DNA from: Camelus dromedarius
Lineage: Eukaryota
Assembly: GCF_036321535.1 (NCBI RefSeq)
Contig: NC_087436.1
Location: forward strand, 80,354,001 to 80,418,000
DNA length: 64,000 nt
Reading direction: 5' to 3'
Below the pieces are notes generated by a model. It ran no database searches and was not told where the DNA came from. It was given only the letters and a program-made list of their open reading frames with translations. A program made the translations under genes and the position numbers. Below, piece by piece: positions 12,265 through 24,419 of this stretch (positions are counted from its first letter, which is position 1; each line of letters opens with the position of its first letter).

Positions 12265-13274
12265 GTAAGGGGACAGTATTATGCTGCTTTATCTTTATGT
12301 CGTAGCATGTTTAAAGCTCTTTTACATTGCATAGTGTCTTACAGAAGTTCTACTAAAATGTATTATTTGTTGTTGCTCAATTCCATGAAAATAGCTTACT
12401 AAGTTTTGCTTACTATTTGACAGTGGAAGACACTTTGTTAACAACCGGAAAACTTCCTTATTCAGGTTTCAAATAAGGTGCAGGAAGTCTTTATAAAAGC
12501 TTCAAACAATTAATTACATTTTCTGGTTTTACTACACCTTAATGTGACTTAAAAAAAACCCCAAAAAACAAAAGACTTGACTTTAAAAAAAAGCGTACTA
12601 TTTACGTGGAATACAAAAAGAGCAGGAAAGTGTCCTTATCAGCAGACCGTGTGCTGGCAATGCATTTTCTCTAGGTAAAAGTTGGGGAAGTTCTGCTCTG
12701 CCTTTGTATAGGACTAGGTGTCCAGATTTCAGATATTTGGAGTTACTTGCTATATAAGCAGTGGGTTGCAGATTCAGAAAGCATTTTTATTAGTTCAAAA
12801 TCAGCTAAAGTTATAAACATTGTTATTAGTTAAAAATAAGAGTGGAGAAAAATCTTAGGATTTTAAGAAATCTGACTGTATTTCCCCTACATTCTTTTAA
12901 AATCCATTAATTAAAATCTTTTACAGTTGATGGATTTAGTCAAAATAAATTTATTCCCTTGATAGGTTCATGTTTTTTTAACCAAGATATATATGGGTAT
13001 GTAAACAATTAGAATCATTTTAAGACTGTCTTCCATATCCAAACTTTTAATTGATGGGTGGCAGTTACTGAAATTAGTAGCTTCTGTACAATTAGTAGGG
13101 TTGAATGCAACTATAGGCTCACATAGAATTAAAACTGATAATTTTACCTCATAAAGAATTTGTATTATGAGCTTGGTATAAGTTTATCAGCTTATACTCT
13201 GCCTAATCAAATGACCCATTTCCATTTTGAAAGGCTGCTTTTTAAAAATTCTTTATACTATTGTAACTTGTTCC

Positions 13275-13742
13275 TGTCCACTGGAAAAAAAAAAAGGACA
13301 ACTTAAGAGCAGTGAGTTAAGTTTTATTTGAGGCCAAATGAGGACTATAGCCTGGGAGACAGGCTCTCAGACAGCTCTAAGGAGCTGCTCAGAAGAGGTA
13401 GAGTGGAAGGTCAGTATATATATGTGTGATTTTAGTGAAGGGGGTATGTGCAGTCATGCACATATTTTGGCAGAAGGTTGCTGCTATTCATGAGCAGCAT
13501 GAGGAGCAGATGTCTTTGTTAGTGATTTTCGGAGACGATGCAAGAAATTGGGCTCATAAAAATCTTCCCCTGAAAAATACCTATCTGAAGGCCTGTTCTG
13601 CCATATTTTCCCAGAGCACCGAGTGCCTCATTCCTTTTGCCTGGAACTCCTTTCACGGTGTGTTGAAGTTCAGAGACTGCAGTGGCCAGTGACTTCATTC
13701 TTGTAGCCTTCACAGATGGCAAATGACAATTTCTAGTTGGCA
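13275..13742 (-). mobile_element. ERV1-class solo LTR (MER41-like)
   Basis: TG...CA ends, perfect 4-bp TSD TTCC (13271-13274, 13743-13746), AATAAA on the minus strand near 13323; subfamily assigned from memory. Confidence 0.8.
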
Positions 13743-14072
13743 TTCCTCATAAAACTGAAATTTGAAAGTCCATAGCTATGGAAATGGATTTTTATTTAAA
13801 TACTAAAATTAAGTTGATTATTTAATATTTTTATTAACAACATTCTTCTAGTACATTAGTTTATAGATTTTTGCTCTGCTTACTTGCTAAATGGGCAGAT
13901 TTGGTTGATATTTATCATTTCTGTCAATGTTCTAGCACGTGTTATGTTCTGGAATAGGCTGCAGGGTGATCCAAAGGGTTATTGCATTGGTTCATCATGA
14001 GTCATAGCCTGTATAAATATTTGCCACTTAATCACATGGACTCTTTTCTGCTGCCTTTTTTTTCTTTTAAAG

Positions 14073-14160
14073 GTTCCTTGTTCCAATATCAAGTGTTATC
14101 TGCAATGACATAACTGCTTACCTTTTTGGATTTTTTTTTGGGAGAACTCCGTTAATTAAG
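14073..14160 (+). CDS. CDS1: CDS1 coding exon (probably exon 8)
   Basis: polypyrimidine tract then aaag|; 88 nt; (W)[29 protein letters not shown]; donor |gtaatg. Confidence 0.96.
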
Positions 14161-16501
14161 GTAATGGAAAAATAATCTCGCGCAAGCCCCTACCGTAACC
14201 TGAAAGAGTCAGCCCTGGAGAAAATCCCTAACAGTTTGGTGCTGTAGCACGGTTTTGACTCTGAGGTGCTTGGATTTTCCTTAGCAGCCAGTGTACGGGG
14301 CAGGGAGCCGTATTTCCCAGTGACACTGTCTGGGTTCTTCATCAGATATTCTCTTGGCTCCTCCATCAGTCATCCTCTCCCATGAAGGCTCCTGTCATCT
14401 TTTTGCTGGTCTCTTTCCCAGGGCTGTCGTGTGTGCTTTACTCTGCTCCCCATCCACCCTCTCAAAAGACCCTTCCTCGGCTCTGCTGTCCTCTCATTTA
14501 TCTCCTCCTTCACCAAACTGTCGGTGAGCATGTATTATGCCGTCTTCACATACTCATGTCCGCTTGTGAGACTTTTACACCCAAATTTTTTTCAAAAAAA
14601 AAAAAAATTGACACCCTGCAATAAAACACTAACGATGCAAGTGATAAGGAAAGGTTAAGGTGTGGAACAGGAAAATACACATGAGCAGACTGTGTTGTTT
14701 TCCCGTCGGTTTGGTTGTTTACAGTCAGTAGAGGCCAAGAAGGAAATTAAGTCATTTACCTCGCTCCCATCTTGGGAAAGAGAGAAACAAAGCAAGTCCT
14801 CGTGGAAAAACACTTTTTTTTTTCTAGAACTGATTTTCTTTAAAAAGAAAAGCTTTTCATGTTGGGGCTTTAGATAGGATTCCCTCAGTTCATCTACTGG
14901 GCAAAGTCTTTTGTAACATTCCCACAAATACAGTAATTGGCTATTTTGGTGTTATTATATGAAGGCATTTTTGGAGGGACTGAGACAGTTGTTCAGATAG
15001 GAAACCTGTTTGTTCAGAGTGATGGAAGGGTAGTTTATCCTCCCAGGGGAATGTGTGGACTGCTCGTCCTTCAAAAACACCTTTCTTAAATTCTTCCCCA
15101 CATAGGAGTGCAGCACATGGCATCAGGCTGAGCTGTAGGGATACCGGCCTGAAAGCCAGACATTTTTTAAAAGTTTCTAAAGCTGCTTCAGCACAAGAGC
15201 AAGTTCATGATGAAGTAGTCAGGGCTTCCATGACAGCTGAGAAGTTATTGGCTGAGGAAGCCCTCAGAGCCCAGAGGAGAATCTCTCTGTCTGATTTTGA
15301 ACATTAGGTTCTAGGGCATTACCAGGTTGGATTAGTTGTGTGACATACCCAGTTGTAATCAAGTGAGTTAACCCCTAAATCAGTATGATACGTGTCAATT
15401 TAATTTGATAAGCTATCTTTAAAATCATCAGCAGGCACTTCTGAATTCGAGTCAACTCCTACTTCATGATAAACATACTGAATCATCCTAGGAGATGGTG
15501 TATATCAGCCCCTTTTCTCTATGGCAGAATTGTCAGGAAAGGCTTTGCACTTTGCAAGCTTCAAGACAAGAGCTTGTGTGCTTTAGCATGTCACCCATTT
15601 CTAGCTGCAGAAACCTCCCTCTGACATTTCTTTGACTTCTGTCCCCCTGGATCCACTGGAAGGATTATCACAGAGGCTGTCCGTGATCTCCTGGTAACCA
15701 AAGCCCCATACAGAGCCTTTATCTTACAGAGCATCTCAGGCAGTTAGCACTGTGTCTACTTCTATATCTTTGCCTCCTGCCCCTGCTTCACCAAGTTCTA
15801 GACTTTCCTCCAGATTTCTCTCCCTGAATGAGCCATTGACGAATAAACAATAGCTGGAATCTGAAACAAACCCTGTCTATTCTTAGAAGCACAACATGTT
15901 TCTTTCTTCATGGAGACAGATGTACATTGTGACCAAAGGGAGGAGGATATATGCATACCCATGGGGCAAATACTGTGCCTGGGGCTGTGGGGGATGTTGT
16001 TACTTCAGAATGAGGTCTGCTGTAAGCATGGCATCTGGGAGTATATGGGAACCTGGGGCGCTGCAGTGTTCATGTTTTGTGATTTTATTTTTGATCAGTA
16101 GCAGATCATCACAGACTATGTATACTTAGAATGAGCATATCTCATCCTTATTTCAATAACTGCACTATTGTGGGGCTTTATATAATCATGAAGACTATGG
16201 GACAATTATTTCAGCATAAATAGTCCTTTGAGTGAAAAAAATAAATTGAGGCTATTTACAGGAACAAATATTCACAGTGTGTCAAACGTCTGAGGGTCTA
16301 ATATGTGCTAGACACTCCTAGAGATCTGCGCAAATAAATCAGGCTCGTGGACTGAAGGAAAAAGGGCTGCAGAGCCTATCTAATAAGAACAGTAAGGAGA
16401 GATGTACGAGGTATGGTGGGAATTCACTGAGCAGAGCCTGCATATGTATCTGTGTATTTTGTGAGTGGTAACACATTCTAATTTTATTTGTCCTTTTTCA
16501 G

Positions 16502-16570
16502 TTGTCTCCTAAAAAGACTTGGGAAGGATTCATTGGCGGTTTCTTTTCCACTGTCGTGTTTGGATTCATC
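16502..16570 (+). CDS. CDS1: CDS1 coding exon (probably exon 9)
   Basis: tttttcag| acceptor; 69 nt; [23 protein letters not shown] with the conserved SPKKTWEG motif of CDP-DAG synthases; donor |gtgagt. Confidence 0.97.
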
Positions 16571-16704
16571 GTGAGTTTTACTAGGATTTTTATTTTATTT
16601 ATACTTTGAAAAACAGAAGCGAGTTTATTAGTCTATTCTAAACCTAAAAGAAATAAACCCCAAAATGCAAATAACTTTAACTGAAACTCACTAAACAGAA
16701 GCTA

Positions 16705-18447
16705 CGTGCACACCTCGGAGATATTGCGGTTTTGGATCCAGGTCACCTCTCTGTAGCGAGTGTTGCCATAAAGCAGGTCACACGAATGTTCTGGTTTCCC
16801 AGTGTGTATGAAAGTTTTGTTTATGTTATACTGTAGTCTGTTAACTGTGCAATGGCATTACATCTGAAAAAAAAATGTACAGACCTTAATTTAAAAATAC
16901 TTTACAGCTAAAAAGTGCTGATCGTCATCTGAGCCTTCAGCAAGTCATAATCTTTTTACTGGTGGAGGCTCTTGCCTCCGTGTTGATGCTGCTGACTGGT
17001 CAGGGTTGTGGTTACTGAAGGTGGGGGTGGCTGTGGCAATTTCTTAAAATAGGACAGTGAAGTTTGCCACATGGATTGACTCTTCTGTAGCATGTAGTGT
17101 TGTTTGATAGCATTTTACCCACAGTAAAACTTCCTTCAGAACTGGAGTCAGTCTTCTCAAACCCTGCCACTGCTTTATCAGCTAATGTATGTCAGGTTCT
17201 AAATCCATTGTTGTCATTTCAGTAATCTTCACAGCATCTTCACCAGAGTGGAGTCCATCTCAAGAAGCCACTTCCTTTGCTCATCTATAGGTAGCAACTC
17301 CTTATCTGTGGAAGTTTTATCATGAGATTACAGAAATTCAGTCCCATCTTCAGACTCCACTTCTGATTCTAGTTCTCCTTCTGTTTCCACCACATCCGCA
17401 GTCACTTCCTGCACTGAAGTCTTGAATCCCTCAGAGTCATCCATGAGGGCTGGGATCAGCTTCTTCCAAACTCCTGCTAATGTTGTTATTTTGACCTCTT
17501 CCTGTGAATCACTAATGTTCTTAATGACATCTAGAACGGTGAATCCTTTCCAGATTTTCAATTGACTTCGCCCAGACCCATCAGAGAAGTCACTGTCTAG
17601 GGCAGCTGTAGCCTTATGAAATGTATCTCTTAAATAATAAGACTTGAAAGTGGAACTTTCTCCTTCATCTGTGGGCTGCAGAGTAGACGTGTTAGCAGGC
17701 ACGGAAACATTCCTCTCGTTGCACATCTCCATCAGGGCTCATGTTTAGAGCTCTAGATTAGGCTTTGGCATAGGGAAATGTTGTGGCTGGTCTGAGCTTC
17801 TGCCCCGACCACTAAAACCTTCTCCGTATCAGCACTAAGACTGTTGGGCTTCCTTATCATTCGTGTGTTCACTGGAGCAGCACTTGTGATTTCCTTCAAG
17901 AACTTGCCTTTGCAGTCATAACTTCACTAACTGGTCCAGGAGGCCTAGCTTTCAGCCTGTCTCAGCTTTTAACATCTTAATCATTAAGCTTAGTTATTTC
18001 CACCTTTGGATTTAAAATGAGAGACATGTGACTCTTCCCTTCATTTGAACACTTTAGAAGCCAGTGTAGGATTATTCACTGGCCTGATCCTGCGGTGTGT
18101 CAGGGAACAGGGAGACCTGAGGAGAGGGTGAGGGACGGGAGGACGTGGCTGGTCAGTGGAGCAGTCAGAGTACGCACAACACGTACCGATTAAGTTTGTT
18201 ATCTTACATGGGTGTGACAAATAGAGTAATAATGAAAATGTTTAAAATACTGTGCAAATTACCGAAATGTGGCACAGAGACACGAAGTGAACAAATGCTG
18301 TTGGAAAAATGGCCCTGATAGACTTATCTAAGGCAGAGTTGCCACAAACCTTCAATTTGTTAAAAAACAAACAAACAAAAAACAAAAAACACCCACAATA
18401 TCTGTGAAATGCAATAAAGCAAAGTGCAATAAAATGAGGTCCGCTTG
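16705..18447 (-). mobile_element. Tigger1-like (TcMar/pogo) DNA transposon, internally deleted
   Basis: Both termini resemble Tigger1 TIRs and are flanked by TA (16703-16704, 18448-18449); ORF 17328-17732 is a DDE transposase remnant (PANTSTLQPTDEG...FKSYYLR). Confidence 0.9.
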
Positions 18448-20166
18448 TATTCTATACCCCACCCAGCAGCGCTCATCCTGGCCCTGCACCAGAAACCCCC
18501 GGGGACCTTATACACCACCTACATCCCAGCCCTCTCCAGGCCAATTACCTTTCTCAGTTGATTCTAATGTACAACGAGTCTTGAGGCCTGCGGTTGTGCT
18601 ATTGTTTGAGTAGTTTTTAACAGCTGTTCTGCCTTGTGGGGGACACAGGTGCTGGGACGGGTGGTGGCTTTGAGTAAAAGGAGAGAATGCAAATGATGTG
18701 CTGCTTGCCTTGGTGGGCGCTTACTGCTATGAGCCCAGCTTACAGAGAAAGCTGGTTAAAAATAATTGACGTTTACTTTTAGCTATGAATAATGGATATT
18801 GTTAATGTTTTAAAAATTAGTGTACAGTTAATGGAATTTAGGTTTTCATTCAAAGGTGTCTTGTGAGAATCAAAAAAAAGTACAGAAAAATGGCTTAATA
18901 TAAGATAAATATACCCCCAAAAATTACTGTCAGGAAGTTTAATTTTTTAAGGATCTAGTCCCTGACAGTTCTAGAATATATTCTGTAGCCAAATATAGAG
19001 CAACATGGAGCTTTGAGAGGGAGCAAATATACAAATAAATGGAAATGAGCCAGATTCCTAAATGGGAAAACCACCGTAATTCGTCTATTTATCAGTTTAG
19101 TTCATTCTCATTGAAAATTCCAATAGAATTTTAAATATTATTTGTATTTATTTCATAGAGTATTGATGAGATAATAATTGATAAATAGAAAAATGAAAAA
19201 GTATCTGGGACCCGTCTAATGTTTTACATTATGTAGCAGGCATAATTAGAATATTATTAAGTTAAACAGTACCACCTGAATTTGGTATTATTAAAGACTA
19301 ATTTAGAAATACTACAAGGACTGCAATATCATTGGAAGAAAATAAAGAGCTATAAGAATGTAATGCATGAAAAAATAATGAAGAGGGAAATTATATATAT
19401 TTATAATAAGTGATTTTGAGGAAACTGGTTGTTTGGAAGCAAAATCAATTTACATCCATTTCTAGTGTCATAGTTGTACTTCCATTAATCATTCTTGAGC
19501 AGAATAATGGTGTGAACACCTGCAGAAGAAAGGGAATAAACTATTGTCTAGCAATTTAAATTTATTATAAGATATTTTGTTTTATATATGTTCTTCCATG
19601 GCTGAGAACAGCTAGTTTTTAAAACTGCAGTGATGCATCCAGGGAAAGATTAATTTAGTCAACATTTTCTGGGTTGGTTAAGAATAACAGTGTTTTTCAC
19701 TGTGCTATTTTCTTAGTAATTTTAAATCACTGGTTATTTTTTAATTCATGAAATTATTATAACCTTTATGCAAGAAACTAAAGTCCTGCACTTTCTCATA
19801 GGTCTATAATTGTTACCTTCTGCTGACACTAAATATGTGTACTTAAAAAAAGTAACACTTTGCCATAATACTTGGCTAAATGTTCAAGTCAGCTTCTTTT
19901 TCTCTTTCCCCTTCCCTCTTTTTATTGTGGTCATACAGAGATTATAATCACACTGATTTCTGAGAACATTTTGTTTTCTAATGGCTTTTCAGAGTCTTTT
20001 ATTGTGTCAGTTATGATCATTTAACTTTGAAAATACTTAACAGAATGTGAATGCAAGGAAAGTTTGGCATTCTTTCTCTGGCCTTCCTGACATATATATA
20101 TTTTAAATGTGTGTATATATATATATTTTCATTCAGTGTTTCATGAATGCTTGCTTGGTCATCTAG

Positions 20167-20319
20167 GCTGCATACGTATTATCCAAATACCAGTACTTTG
20201 TCTGCCCGGTGGAGTACCGCAGTGATGTCAACTCCTTCGTTACAGAATGTGAACCCTCAGAACTTTTCCAGCTTCAGAGTTACTCACTTCCTCCCTTTCT
20301 GAAGGCAGTGTTGAGACGG
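20167..20319 (+). CDS. CDS1: CDS1 coding exon (probably exon 10)
   Basis: atctag| acceptor; 153 nt; AAYVLSKYQYFVCPVEYRSDVNSFVTECEPSELFQLQSYSLPPFLKAVLRR; donor |gtaaga. Confidence 0.96.
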
Positions 20320-20385
20320 GTAAGATAACACTGTAGGGATCCTCTATCCCAGAGATTAAGCTTCATTTAAAAGCTTCATTTAAAA

Positions 20386-21037
20386 AGCAATCCCACTCCT
20401 GGGCATATATCCAGAGGGAACCCTAATTCAAAAAGACACACGCACTCCAGTAATCATAGCGGTGCTATATGCAATAGCCAAGACATGGAAACAACCTAAA
20501 TGTCCATTGAAAGATGACTGGATAAAAAAGTTGTGGTATATTTATACATATAATGGAATACTACTCTGCCACAAAAAGAATAAAATAATGCCATTTGCAG
20601 CAACATGGATGGACCTGGAGATTGTCATTCTAAGTGAAGTAAGCCAGAAAGAGAAAGAAAAATACCATATGATATCACTTAACATGTGGCATCTAAAAGA
20701 AAAAAGAAGACACTAATGAACTCATCTACAAAACAGAAACAGACTCACAGACATAGTAAACAAACTTATGGTTACTGGGGGGAGAGGAGGGTGGGAAGAG
20801 ATAAATTGGGAGTTTGAGATTTGCAGATATTAACTACTGTACCTATATAAAAACTAGATAAAAAAACAAATTTCTTCTGTATAGCACAGGGAACTATATT
20901 CAATATCTTGTAATAACCTTCATTGAAAAAGAATATGAAAACAAATATATATATGTATATATATGACTGTGACATTATGCTGTACACTAGAAATTGATAC
21001 ATTGTAACTGACTATACTTCAATTTTTAAAAAAGAAA
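20386..21037 (+). mobile_element. 5'-truncated L1 (ORF2 C-terminus plus 3' UTR)
   Basis: ORF 20462-20716 AIAKTWKQPKCP...FAATWMDLEIVILSEVSQKEKEKY is the L1 ORF2p C-terminus; G-rich 3' UTR tract and A-rich tail. Confidence 0.92.
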
Positions 21038-21287
21038 GTAGCCTGGCAGATTTTAGTGCAACAGGTGCTTACAGAGGGAATGGGGAGTGCTGGCTAAGCA
21101 GAGGATGGTAATAGGAGCTTACAACAAATATTTTTTTCCTATGATCCTGAAAGTTTGTGAAATTAACAAAAATATGGCATGTACTTTGAGTTATTGTTTT
21201 ACATCATGGTTCTTAGTTTAGGTGGCATGCTCAAATTCAGTTTTGATGCTGTTAGCCCGAACCTTTCTCTTCTTTTTTCTTCTTTAG

Positions 21288-21407
21288 GAAACAGTGAGCT
21301 TGTATCCTTTCCAGATACACAGCATTGCTCTTTCCACGTTTGCGTCTTTGATTGGACCATTCGGAGGTTTCTTTGCCAGTGGATTCAAAAGAGCTTTCAA
21401 AATCAAG
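21288..21407 (+). CDS. CDS1: CDS1 coding exon (probably exon 11)
   Basis: tctttag| acceptor; 120 nt; [40 protein letters not shown]; donor |gtatgt. Confidence 0.97.
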
Positions 21408-21772
21408 GTATGTGTTTAGATTCTTTGTTACATTACTTGAGAATGTAATATAGTTTGAATTTAGTTGTCTATTGGTCTCACACTTCAAGCCACTGGGCAA
21501 AAAACTTTTCCATCCTATTTGTCTCAGCCTCACAAAAATGATTCCTGGCTGATTTGAGTGTATTCTTCCTTGCTGGGTTTTGGTCATGCCATGTTAATAC
21601 ATTTGAACTGACATGTGTCACATAATGTTGGGACAAACACAAAATCTTGGTTCTTCAAGTGTTCATCCAAGAATCCAGCCATGCATTGTCTGAAGTCTAG
21701 TGTCCTGTCACAATCTCACTTGAAGGGACATGCAGGAGAGCTCTGGATATGTAACTCCCCATTCTGCTAGAT

Positions 21773-21986
21773 CAGGGTTTGGAAACTCTTTCTGTAAAGG
21801 GCCAAATCATTAAGTAATAATGGCAGTATTGCAAACTACTCAACTCTGAACTCTGCCATTGTAGTTGGAGAGCCCCTCAGACAGTATGTCAGTGAGTGGG
21901 TATGGCTGGGTTTTAATAAAAGTTTATTTACAAAAAGCAGACAGCCAGCTGGGTTTGGTCTTTGGGACATAGTTTGTTGATCCTTG
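21773..21986. mobile_element. MER58A-like hAT/Charlie MITE
   Basis: cagggtttggaaact...tctgtaaagggcc...aataaaagtttatttacaaaaagcag...tagtttgttgatccttg; ~215 bp. Confidence 0.75.
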
Positions 21987-23280
21987 TTTCAGAAGCTTAA
22001 AATTTTCCCTGTGTTTTGTTGAAGTTAGGTTCTCACAAAGCAACATACATTTATCCAGTCATCTCAGCTCTCCTCACGTGGCTTCACTAATACCAAACGG
22101 TGCTCTGCTAGGAGTTAGAGCGTGGCCACTGCAGGTGGGGAGGTCAGGACAGGCCTCTCTGAGGAGGTAGAGTTTGAGCAGGGATCTGACAAAAGGAGAA
22201 TGGGTCCTGCAGAGAAATTGAAGGAAGAGGGTTCCAGTGCGTGCAAAGGAGTAGGGGAGCTTAACTGCTGGAAGGGGAACAGGAGCAGTGTGGCTGCAGA
22301 GAGAGTGGGAGATCAGATACAGAGGGTTCGAGGCCAGATCACGCAGGGCCCGGAGGCCAGGGAAATAAAGACGTGAACTCAGTGAGCACTTGCAGTGGGG
22401 AAGACACTACGTTAGGTGGAATGCAGTACACACAACTGCACAAGATGTCCCTGTCCTCACGGCACTCACCCCCTCACATCCACAGAGAACCACACAAAGC
22501 TGCGATGACTAGAGTCCTGTAACGGCTCCAAATAACAGTGGGATTGAGTTACCATGGCTCTCTTGGGCTTGGGTTAGTAGAGAAGAGAAGGAAGGAAATG
22601 TGTTGGCAAAAATTAGCCAAAGAATTTTTGAATAATTTTTTTTAGACAGAGAAATGTTATGTTTAGAATGGTATTTTCTTTTAATGGCCTTCAGTGTAAG
22701 GTTTCTGGTTGAATGGTGAGACTTCTCTGTATGTTTGAAATGAAGGGGTAATTGCTGTTCCATTTTAGAGGTTTTTAGGTTGCCCGAGTAAACTAGAGGG
22801 CAATTAGTCACTTCCATTTCCTGAGCCCTGGACATGTGTCCATACAGGGTCAGTCTGCAGATGCTTCCTAACCGTCCCCTAACTATTTGGCCGTTTAATG
22901 GACTAACATGTCCCAAATGAACTATTTTAATTTTCTTTTTTACCCCAACACTTAAATATTTAACTACCGTAATAAATATTTTTTTATTTCAGAGTAAGAA
23001 TTGTTAGGATAAACATGAGGTACAACCAGTAGTCCATCTGTCAACAACAAGAAAATAGCTCCCCACATAATTTCTGATTAAACAGAAGAGCAGGCTGTAG
23101 ATTAGATTGGTAATAGCCAATAGCTTTTTTGATTTAGATAGTTTTCTTAACTAAAAAAAAAGTGCCTGATTTAATTAATATTTACTTAGTGTTATTTAAA
23201 AGCTGTGTGTCAGCTCAGTAATCATTCTAACAATGGGCACATATTCCAAAGATGGGGTTTTAATCTGTTGGACATGTTCA

Positions 23281-23338
23281 AATAAGTTTGTAGTCAGTGG
23301 GAAAATCCCTAATAAGTTTGTAGTTAGTGGGAAAATCC
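23281..23338. repeat. 30-bp tandem duplication
   Basis: aataagtttgtagt(c/t)agtgggaaaatcc twice, 1 mismatch. Confidence 0.95.
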
Positions 23339-23455
23339 AGTAGTAAAGTATTTTTCTTCGAGTCCATGATGCCAAGGAGACATTTACAAATAGGAATCTT
23401 ATAGCAGATTTTTTTTTGAAAGCTTACTAATGTGTGTGTGTGTTTTTTCCTGAAG

Positions 23456-23559
23456 GACTTTGCAAATACCATTCCTGGACATGGTGGGATAATGGACAGA
23501 TTTGATTGTCAGTATTTGATGGCAACTTTTGTGCATGTGTACATCACAAGTTTTATAAG
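23456..23559 (+). CDS. CDS1: CDS1 penultimate exon, catalytic signature
   Basis: TACTAAT branch-like site and tgaag| acceptor; 104 nt; [34 protein letters not shown](R), completing the cytidylyltransferase signature KRxxxxKD..PGHGGxxDRxD; donor |gtactt. Confidence 0.97.
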
Positions 23560-24419
23560 GTACTTTTCGATTTTTAAGAAATGATTTCTTTGAATTCTTG
23601 TTTCCATTGGCATTAGTTTGAATTAGTTACTTTTTCTGTCATGGGTAATCGGTAATATCAAAGGGAATGGCAGCTTCTGGAATTGTGTCACAACTGTAGT
23701 TAGATTATAATTATTTTCCAACTTAAAAACAGTACTAGTGTATGTCATAGTTCTTAATAGGGCTGAGTTAAAATTCAGTTAATGTGGATGAATGGTACTG
23801 GCTTTGGAACATCAGGAGATTTGATGCCTCAACAGTGGACATTGCAGTGATAGTGAATACTAAGAGTTAAAAAAGAGGAGGACATAATGACTCCTCCAGT
23901 CCACCAGTTACTGCCTGAGTGCCTGTTACGAGTTGGGGAGTGTTCTGAGCATGGATATAGCAGAGACCATAACAAACCAAGTCCCTGTCCTCAAAGCTTA
24001 TTTTCTTGTTGGGAATTTGGAGGGAGAAGCAGCAGGAGTGGACAGTAAACAGACAAATATAGCTTGTTCGGTGGTTATAAGAGCCATGGACAAAAATAAA
24101 GCAGGCCAGGGATGGGTGTGTGTGTGTGTGTATGTTGGGGGCGGGGGATGGAGAGGTGGGGAGGGGTGAGTGGAGGGTGTCGCTGTTTTATGCCAGGTGT
24201 TTTATTCCCATTATTAAACTTTAATGGTTTGGATCTGCTCTATAACGCCCGTTTGAGGGGTGAAAGCTAACCACATCAACCACGTGACGACTTTATTTGC
24301 CGTGGTCTCTACAGTGCCTGAGCCTGGAAAACAGGGACTTCCTTCAGGGTTACTTGGAGAGAAACTCGTATCTAAATGTCCCTAAATACGCATTTTAAAT
24401 ATATACCCATAGTAGTGTG

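Noticed and set aside
17328..17732. Possible domesticated TIGD-like transposase gene
   Set aside because: Only a fragment of an internally deleted, decayed Tigger1; the full transposase is not encoded.
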